A stretch of DNA of 64,000 bases from Bacilli bacterium (GTDB taxonomy: Bacteria > Bacillota_I > Bacilli_A > RFN20 > CAG-826), in NCBI GenBank assembly GCA_041654095.1, contig JBAZED010000007.1:585-64584 (forward strand), in the 5' to 3' direction. The notes below the pieces were generated by a model, which saw nothing but the letters and a program-made list of their open reading frames with translations, was not told where the DNA came from and searched no databases. The translations under genes and the position numbers were made by a program. Within the stretch, counting starts at the first letter, position 1. Every line of letters begins with the position of its first letter. Of the stretch, positions 57,412 through 64,000 are shown piece after piece.

Positions 57412-59265
57412 ATGGACAAATTTATTACTATCAGTAAACTCGACGAGGAAAAGATTAATCAAATTCTAAAAACTTCTTTTTACTATGAAGATTATTCATC
57501 GAGCGAACTAGTGTTTGACAACATGTTCGTTTGGAATTATCAAAAGCAAATCGAGATCTTGTGGCTCCATTCAGAGTTGGCAATTATCCGAAGCCTTGAA
57601 AAGGATAACGTCTGGATCTTCTTCCCCCCCGTCGCCAAAGATCAAGAGAACTTTTTACGAGGTCTTGATTATGTTCGGGGGAATTATCCGACCAATATCG
57701 TCTCCGGTTTAACTAAGACGATGGTCGACGCCGCTCAAAATAGCGGTGGTCTCTTCCTTTATGACGATTACTTTTCCGAGTATATCTACGACCCTCGCGA
57801 ACTCGCGGAAATGAAAGGCGGAACATTTTCGCGGAAAAGGAATTTAATCGCCCAATTTAAGAAAAAATATGCTTACGAATTTGCTTCGTATCGCGAAGAA
57901 AATTTTGAAGACGTCATCGCCTTCTTAAACCGCTATCGAGCAGAAGGTGGGGCTTGCGAGGACTTCGAAGCTATTACCTACGCTTTAGAGAAGAGGAGAG
58001 AGCTCAATATTCTATGCGATTTATTGCTCGTCGATCACCTCGTCGTCGGAATCAGCATCGGGACGATCAGCATCTTCAACCACGCCGTCACCCTATTCGA
58101 AAAGAACGATTTCAACTATGTTGGCAGCGGGGCGATTCTCGTCCAATTGACGACCGCTAAGCACTATGCGAATTGCCGGTGTTTGACGCGGCAAGAAGAT
58201 TTGGGCTTGCCGCAGCTTCGTAAAGCGAAACTATCGTTGAATCCCATTGTTAAAGAGAGGAAATACGCTTGTGTTTTCGATCCGATAACCATCGCGTTAT
58301 ATCACTTGTACGCCGACACTTTTGACGATTCACCGGACTATGTCGATTTCTTCTTTTTGCACACTTATCACCGCGATCGGTCCTTTTATGTGATGCGCGA
58401 CAACCAAGTGGCCTCAGCTTTGCACATCGTCATGAAAACGATGGCGTTTAATGGCCGAGAACTTCCCTTACCCTTCGTAGTCGCCGCCAGCACCCGCCTC
58501 GCATACCGCCGCCAAGGCCTCATGCGCAAAGTGATGATTAACGCCTTTCAAAGATTGAGAGAATTGGGGCGCGAAGTCGTTGCGCTCTACCCGGTTAATC
58601 CCGACTTCTACCTCGATTATGGATTCGTGCACTATACTTTCACCCGCAATCTAAAAGATTACATATCGACATTCGAATGCGGTTTGGAGCAGACAAATGA
58701 TGGGCGATTGCTCTCGGAAATGTATAACGCCTGCATCCAACACTGCGATGGCTATGTCCAGCGCGATGAAAACTATTATGGCGAGTATCTTAATTCATTG
58801 TGGCAAGACAAAGTGGTTTTTGACCTCATCAAAAAAGACGGCAACCCGATCGGCTACGTCGCCCACAAAGATGGCGATATCGACGAAATACTGCTGTGCG
58901 GAGATGAGTGCCCTGTTCACAAACTCGTGGATTTTGCAAATGCAAATCTCTCTCATCCCGAGGGCACCATCCCGGCGAATATGATACGAATTATCAACAT
59001 CGAAAGGTTTTTGCTCAACATGAAATTTAAAGAATGCGTAAAAGCAAAGATAAGCATGAGAATTACCGACCGTTTTGTGGCCGCAAATAATGTCGATATC
59101 GAACTGCGAGTTGAAAACGGAAGAGCCGATCTATCTCATGCATCGGAACCCGAGCTCACGATTGACATCGAAGCTCTGACCAAGGTCTTGTTTCTCGGCC
59201 GAGGAGATTTTCGCCTCGCCTTTCTTTTCCCCAACAAAAAAATGGTGTGCTTCGATAAGTTCTAA
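57412..59265 (+). CDS. Two-module protein: N-terminal DUF2156/LPG-synthase-C-like (aminoacyl-tRNA-dependent transferase fold) + C-terminal Eis-like GNAT with SCP2-like tail (putative)
   Basis: 617 aa. The C-terminal half has the GNAT acetyl-CoA motif RRQGLMRKVM and an Eis-like layout. The N-terminal ~290 aa resembles the standalone MprF-C-terminal-like domain. Assignment by eye only. Confidence 0.4.
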   Translation: MDKFITISKLDEEKINQILKTSFYYEDYSSSELVFDNMFVWNYQKQIEILWLHSELAIIRSLEKDNVWIFFPPVAKDQENFLRGLDYVRGNYPTNIVSGLTKTMVDAAQNSGGLFLYDDYFSEYIYDPRELAEMKGGTFSRKRNLIAQFKKKYAYEFASYREENFEDVIAFLNRYRAEGGACEDFEAITYALEKRRELNILCDLLLVDHLVVGISIGTISIFNHAVTLFEKNDFNYVGSGAILVQLTTAKHYANCRCLTRQEDLGLPQLRKAKLSLNPIVKERKYACVFDPITIALYHLYADTFDDSPDYVDFFFLHTYHRDRSFYVMRDNQVASALHIVMKTMAFNGRELPLPFVVAASTRLAYRRQGLMRKVMINAFQRLRELGREVVALYPVNPDFYLDYGFVHYTFTRNLKDYISTFECGLEQTNDGRLLSEMYNACIQHCDGYVQRDENYYGEYLNSLWQDKVVFDLIKKDGNPIGYVAHKDGDIDEILLCGDECPVHKLVDFANANLSHPEGTIPANMIRIINIERFLLNMKFKECVKAKISMRITDRFVAANNVDIELRVENGRADLSHASEPELTIDIEALTKVLFLGRGDFRLAFLFPNKKMVCFDKF

Positions 59266-59354
59266 TTTCAAAGCATGATTATTATTGTCGTTCATCCCGT
59301 GTGATAAAATTGAGTTAGTCTCAATGTTTATTATTGTTTAGCGAGGTAAAAATT

Positions 59355-61835
59355 ATGAAAAAAATCGTCATTGTCGGCGGCGTGGCCGGCGGCGCAACCG
59401 CGGCGGCACGCCTGAGAAGGCTTAGCGAAGAAGATCAAATTATCGTCTTTGAAAAAGACGAGCACGTCTCGTTCGCCAACTGCGGCTTACCGTATTATAT
59501 CGGAGGAGTTATCGCTGATCGCGAGCGCCTCCTCATCGAAACGCCGGAAACCTTTAAAGAGAAGTTCAACATCGATGTGCGTAACTTTTCGGAAGTCATC
59601 GCCATCGACACCAAACACAAAAAAGTCACGGTCCAAGAAGTGAAGACCGGGCGGATTTACGACGAAGCATTTGATAAGCTCCTCCTTTCACCGGGAGCCA
59701 CTCCGATTTGGCTCCAGATCCCCGGAATTGAAAAAGCGCACAATATTTTTTCTATGAGAAACCTTGCCGATACGGATAAAATCTTTAACTTTGTCGCTAA
59801 AGAAAAAGTTGAAAGCGCCCTCGTCATCGGCGGTGGTTTTATCGGCGTCGAACTAGCTGAAAATCTCGTCGAAAAAGGCATCAAAGCCACCGTCGTCGAT
59901 TTGGCTGATCAAATTCTGCCGCCTCTCGATTTTGAAATGGCCAAGATGGCTCAAAACGAATTGGAAGCTCACGGCGTCAAAGTCTACTTGAATGATTCGG
60001 TTGCTGAGATTAAAGACAACGGCAAAACCGCCGTCTTAAAAAACGGCATCGTCTTAAAAACCGATATGATCATCATGTCCGTCGGCGTTCACCCCGAATC
60101 GCGCCTGGCGATTTCCGGCGGCCTCAAAGTCGGTCCCAAAGGCCACATCGCCACCAATGAACATCTGCAGACCATCGACGCCAAAAGCGGCGAAGTTCTA
60201 CCCGATATCTACGCAGCGGGCGACGCCATTGAAGTCAAAGACTTCATCGACGGCACTCCGACCGCGGTTCCCCTCGCCTGGCCGGCCAACCGCCAAGGTC
60301 GTTTGGTCGCCGACCATATGAATGGCTGGGATGTATCCTTTAAAGGCAGTCTCGGCACGTCGATTGTCAAAGTGTTTTCTCTGACGGCGGCCAGCACTGG
60401 CAATAATCAGAAAACCCTCGAACGCAAAAACGTGCCGTTTAGAACTGTCATGGTGACAAGGTCGAATCACGCCGGCTATTATCCGGGTGCCAGCGACATC
60501 GTCATCAAGCTGTTATTTAGTCCGGAAACCGGCAAGATCCTCGGCGCGCAAGCCGTGGGGCAAGACGGAACTGATAAGCGCATCGACGTCATCGCCACGG
60601 CTATCAAGGGCGGTCTGGCGATTTTTGATCTGCCGGATCTCGAACTTGCCTATGCGCCTCCTTTTGGATCATCGAAGGACCCAGTCAATATCGCGGGTTA
60701 TGTCGGCAGCAATTTGATGCAAAAGGAATTTGGCGTCGTCAATCAAAAAGAACTCGACGAATTTCGTAAAAAAAAAGCATTGATCGTTGATGCCCGAACC
60801 CCATTAGAATTTAGCATCGGACACATCGAAGGAGCGGTGAACATCCCTTACGATGGAATTCGCCAAAACCTCGGTAAGCTACCCGCCGAAAAAGATGCTC
60901 CCATCGTCGTTTATTGCAATGTCGGCCACACTGCTTATCTACTGATAAGAGTTTTGGTCAACAACGGGTATACCAACGTTCATAATTTGCTCGGGGGCTA
61001 CAAAATCTATAAAGCTCTTCACCAGAGAAATCAAGAGGAAGAACTGCACAATCCCGAACACCGCGTCTTAAAGGAAAAACCACAAGTTTTAAGCAGCGAA
61101 TACCGCGAAGATGAGATCAAGATTTTTATCGATGCTTGCGGGCTACAATGCCCGGGCCCAATCATGCAGACCTACAAAGCGGTTGAGAAACTAAAAGATG
61201 GCGAGATCGTCAAAATCATCGCCACCGATAGCGGCTACTTCAGCGATGTCGAGAAGTGGTGCGTCGCCACCGGCAACACCCTCCTAAAAAAAGAAGCCAC
61301 GGAAGAAGGCTATACCGCCGTCATACGCAAAGGCGCGGTCGAACCCCTTCAAAAAGGCGTTGAAAACGAAAACACGACCATCGTTTTATTCAGCGGCGAA
61401 ATGGATAAGGCCATGGCTGCGATGATCATCGGCCAAGGAAGTCGGTCGATGGGTAAAAACGTCACGATTTTCTGCACTTTTTGGGGCTTGAATTTACTTC
61501 GTAAGGACCAGAAAGTGAAGGTCAAGAAGTCGTTTATCGAAAAGATGTTCGGGGCGATGATGCCGCGCGGCGCGAAGAAGATGCCAATCTCCAAGATGAA
61601 CTTCGGCGGCATGGGCGCCAAGATGATGAAATCGGTCATGAAAAAGAAAAATGTCGATTCGTTGGAAACCTTGATCGCTCAAGCCAAAGCCGCAGGCGTT
61701 AAATTCATCGCCTGCACGATGAGCATGGATGTCATGGGCATTCGCCGCGAGGAATTGATCGACGGCATCGAATACGCAGGCGTCGCCACTTATCTAGCCG
61801 AATCGGAAAAAGCCGGCGTCACCCTCTTCATCTAA
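59355..61835 (+). CDS. CoA-disulfide reductase / NADH-dependent persulfide reductase fusion (pyridine nucleotide-disulfide oxidoreductase + rhodanese + TusA-like + DsrE-like domains)
   Basis: FAD motif GGVAGGATAA; redox Cys in SFANCGLPYY; rhodanese CNVGHTAY; TusA CPGP motif (ACGLQCPGPIMQ); DsrE/DsrF-like C-terminus. Start at MKKIVIVGG with a GAGGT RBS. Confidence 0.8.
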   Translation: MKKIVIVGGVAGGATAAARLRRLSEEDQIIVFEKDEHVSFANCGLPYYIGGVIADRERLLIETPETFKEKFNIDVRNFSEVIAIDTKHKKVTVQEVKTGRIYDEAFDKLLLSPGATPIWLQIPGIEKAHNIFSMRNLADTDKIFNFVAKEKVESALVIGGGFIGVELAENLVEKGIKATVVDLADQILPPLDFEMAKMAQNELEAHGVKVYLNDSVAEIKDNGKTAVLKNGIVLKTDMIIMSVGVHPESRLAISGGLKVGPKGHIATNEHLQTIDAKSGEVLPDIYAAGDAIEVKDFIDGTPTAVPLAWPANRQGRLVADHMNGWDVSFKGSLGTSIVKVFSLTAASTGNNQKTLERKNVPFRTVMVTRSNHAGYYPGASDIVIKLLFSPETGKILGAQAVGQDGTDKRIDVIATAIKGGLAIFDLPDLELAYAPPFGSSKDPVNIAGYVGSNLMQKEFGVVNQKELDEFRKKKALIVDARTPLEFSIGHIEGAVNIPYDGIRQNLGKLPAEKDAPIVVYCNVGHTAYLLIRVLVNNGYTNVHNLLGGYKIYKALHQRNQEEELHNPEHRVLKEKPQVLSSEYREDEIKIFIDACGLQCPGPIMQTYKAVEKLKDGEIVKIIATDSGYFSDVEKWCVATGNTLLKKEATEEGYTAVIRKGAVEPLQKGVENENTTIVLFSGEMDKAMAAMIIGQGSRSMGKNVTIFCTFWGLNLLRKDQKVKVKKSFIEKMFGAMMPRGAKKMPISKMNFGGMGAKMMKSVMKKKNVDSLETLIAQAKAAGVKFIACTMSMDVMGIRREELIDGIEYAGVATYLAESEKAGVTLFI

Positions 61836-61984
61836 TAACTAATCACGATAAACCGCAGAAGCCGCTTTGCGATTAAAAAGCGGCTTTTTGCCACGAAAAT
61901 TTTCAATTTAATTGAAATAGGAGCCGATAATCCATACCATTATAAATAGTAATTCAAATTTCAATTTGAGGACGGAGAAAAAAC

Positions 61985-63121
61985 GTGGCCATCATCGACA
62001 TCACCGATTCTGTTCGCAAGGAAAGCGCCAAATTAACCATTGGCTCCTTTCGCGATGTCGACGCCTTGGTCTTGGCGCAGCTATCATATTTGGATTACAC
62101 ATCATTTAAAAATGGGACGCGCCTCGAATTCATGGCTCATAATGCCGCCTCGGCAGCGAGCGCGAGCCACTCCAAAGAGAAAAACGAAGAGCTGCTGTTA
62201 TGCGCCTCGAAAAGCCTTCGCTATCAACGCCTAAAGGTCGTGCGCCACATCGCTGAGACCAACCTCCTTTTCGAAATGCAATTCTCAGCGACCACTTTTA
62301 TTGTTAATCGCAATCTGATCGCCGTCGCTTTTCGCGGCACGGACAACACCATCAACGGCTGGAAAGAAGACTTCAATATGGTCTTTATCGACGAGATTCC
62401 AGCCCAGACAAAAGCCGTCAATTATCTGAAGAGCATCGCTTCTAAATATCGTTTCGCACGCATTATCGTCCTCGGCCACTCCAAAGGCGGCAATCTCGCC
62501 TATTACGCCGCGACGAAACAAGCGCCGAAAGTCAAAAAGAGAATCGCCAGCGTCTATAACCTCGACGGCCCGGATTTTCGAGATTGCATCACATCTTCCG
62601 CCGAGTATAAAGAAATGCTCCCCAAACTCATTAAAATCGTTCCCGAGGAGAGCATCATCGGTATGATTTTGCAGATGAATGCCTATTATTACATAGTAAA
62701 ATCAGATGGCACCCTCTTCGCACAGCATTCGCTTTTTAACTGGCATATCGATAGCGAGACGGGCGACCTGGTGCACGAGATGGCGCTCAGCCCGGCTTCG
62801 AAGAAAATCAAAAACGCTATTTATGCGTGGCTGAATGGTTTCAGCGTCGCCGATCGGCAGATCATCATCGACAGTTTCTTTGATATGCTCCTCGCTTCGA
62901 ATTGCACGACCTTGACCGAATTCAGAGACAATTTGAAAGCCAACATCAAATTGATGTACGGCGAATACCGCGAATCCGAGAGCGAGACTAAAAAATTGCT
63001 TCGCAAGACCTTTCTCGACCTCGCTAAATCCCTGATGTCAAATTACTTTACGCGCGAGAAAGACCTCGATAAGAAAGCTAAGAAAATCGAGATGAAAATG
63101 AAAGCCAAAGCAAGTAAGTGA
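61985..63121 (+). CDS. DUF2974/Mbeg1-like alpha/beta-hydrolase (lipase-like) protein
   Basis: GTG start. Nucleophile elbow GHSKGG and a lipase_3-like core (VAFRGTDN…GHSKGGNLA). Confidence 0.55.
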   Translation: MAIIDITDSVRKESAKLTIGSFRDVDALVLAQLSYLDYTSFKNGTRLEFMAHNAASAASASHSKEKNEELLLCASKSLRYQRLKVVRHIAETNLLFEMQFSATTFIVNRNLIAVAFRGTDNTINGWKEDFNMVFIDEIPAQTKAVNYLKSIASKYRFARIIVLGHSKGGNLAYYAATKQAPKVKKRIASVYNLDGPDFRDCITSSAEYKEMLPKLIKIVPEESIIGMILQMNAYYYIVKSDGTLFAQHSLFNWHIDSETGDLVHEMALSPASKKIKNAIYAWLNGFSVADRQIIIDSFFDMLLASNCTTLTEFRDNLKANIKLMYGEYRESESETKKLLRKTFLDLAKSLMSNYFTREKDLDKKAKKIEMKMKAKASK

Positions 63122-63122
63122 T

Positions 63123-63587
63123 ATGCCGACCAAAACCGTCGTTCAACTAATTAATTATTCGGACGCCTTGTCCGACCGCGAGATGATCAAGTGGGCCCTT
63201 CGAAACGTCCGCGAAGTTTTGGATGTCCTCAATTACAATGTGACGAACGACGTCCAATATCGGACGATGGTCTTGGAGACGAACCGCTTCCTCACCGGCT
63301 TTCACAAAGTCCAATACATGCGGACGCAAGCTTTGAAGATGCACGAGATGGCGAGGCGCGAACCGGATGAGATACGCGCTCACTTATTGAGGGCGTACGG
63401 TTACGTGATTGCGACCGCCCATGTCAAAGAGCACGCCATCCACGCCACCGAATGCGCCAACAAGGCCTTAAAGGCTGCTAAAATAAGCGATGAAGAAATA
63501 GAAAAAATCATCGCGAATCAGAACACGGCTCTAGAAGAGCTGACGCGCTTTACCGTTTCAGTCGATAATCTAACTATAAATAGTTAA
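63123..63587 (+). CDS. Hypothetical protein (154 aa, helical, no recognised motif)
   Basis: ORF immediately follows the DUF2974 gene with 1 nt spacing. Confidence 0.3.
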   Translation: MPTKTVVQLINYSDALSDREMIKWALRNVREVLDVLNYNVTNDVQYRTMVLETNRFLTGFHKVQYMRTQALKMHEMARREPDEIRAHLLRAYGYVIATAHVKEHAIHATECANKALKAAKISDEEIEKIIANQNTALEELTRFTVSVDNLTINS

Positions 63588-63976
63588 GAAGCAGAGCTCA
63601 TCTCTGCTTTTTGTTTGAAAGACAATAAAATACCGACGGCGATGCCCACGACCGCTCCGGAGCAGTCGATGCCGACATCGAGCCAGTTGCCGCTTCGCCC
63701 GCTGATGAATAACTGGATGAGTTCCGAGATGCCGGCGACGGCCAGCATCACGCCGATAGATATGGCGAGATAATGCCATGGTTTTAAGGGGGGAAGCAGT
63801 TGATTAAGGGCTAGATAGATGAATACTCCATCGAGCAGGAAAATCAAAATGTGACCGACGAATTTCCGGACGAAAAAGGCAAATGAATCCATCTGAATAT
63901 CAGTTAAGAAAATACCAAAAAAGCGCAGGACGGCATTGAGGACGTCGACGACAAAACCACTTTGTGAAGAAGACAC
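63584..63976 (-). CDS. VanZ-family membrane protein
   Basis: 4 TM with a C-terminal WLDVGIDCSGAVVGIAVG (D..D..G..G) VanZ-like motif. Confidence 0.55.
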   Translation of the reverse strand: MSSSQSGFVVDVLNAVLRFFGIFLTDIQMDSFAFFVRKFVGHILIFLLDGVFIYLALNQLLPPLKPWHYLAISIGVMLAVAGISELIQLFISGRSGNWLDVGIDCSGAVVGIAVGILLSFKQKAEMSSAS

Positions 63977-64000
63977 CTCACCGCTAAATCCGGCGAAGAC

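Noticed and set aside
1-64000. CRISPR arrays, rRNA genes
   Set aside because: No regularly spaced direct repeats or rRNA-like conserved stretches were seen on either strand. The repeats noted are single tandem duplications or palindromes.

Overview
This 64 kb window is from a Firmicutes-type chromosome of roughly 50% GC that uses the standard genetic code. There is no sortase LPXTG signal, many lipoproteins carry Ser/Thr-rich linkers, and TGA acts as a stop codon.

The first ~4 kb is a sharply AT-rich accessory islet. It holds a convergent type II restriction-modification pair: a Dam/M.EcoRV-like N6-adenine methyltransferase, truncated by the window start, and an EcoRV-family endonuclease. 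Next come a DUF1778/GNAT (TacA-TacT type) toxin-antitoxin operon and a complete IS3-family insertion sequence with a programmed -1 frameshift site. The IS sits exactly at the jump to GC-rich core DNA.

The rest is mostly housekeeping or niche-adaptation content:
- A membrane/lipoprotein cluster with a lipoprotein endonuclease-I nuclease whose signal peptide is out of frame at an A4 tract.
- A clear tmRNA (ssrA) gene.
- An ABC-2 exporter operon.
- A large secreted Big_2/M6-like metalloprotease.
- A membrane GGDEF(degenerate)-EAL protein.
- MscS, a flavodiiron protein, and two tandem class II aldolase paralogs.
- An FbpABC/AfuABC-like ABC importer whose ATPase carries a 1-nt frameshift.
- RpiR, CspA, and the anaerobic RNR genes nrdDG.
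- A thiol-redox/Fe-S cluster (ApbC, cysteine desulfurase, Trx, Trx-CcdA fusion).
- An AmmeMemoRadiSam pair with a LigB-like/AMMECR1 fusion.
- GS type III followed directly by glmS, and Hsp20 with a promoter palindrome.
- A GH30-based sugar utilization locus: LacI regulator, SBP, two permeases, two GH30 enzymes and a surface protein.
- An unusual DUF2156-like/Eis-like GNAT fusion, and a CoA-disulfide reductase-rhodanese-TusA-DsrE fusion.
- A DUF2974 hydrolase, a small unknown protein and VanZ.

No CRISPR array, rRNA or intact tRNA was seen. All calls come from reading the translations and DNA by eye; no database search was run.
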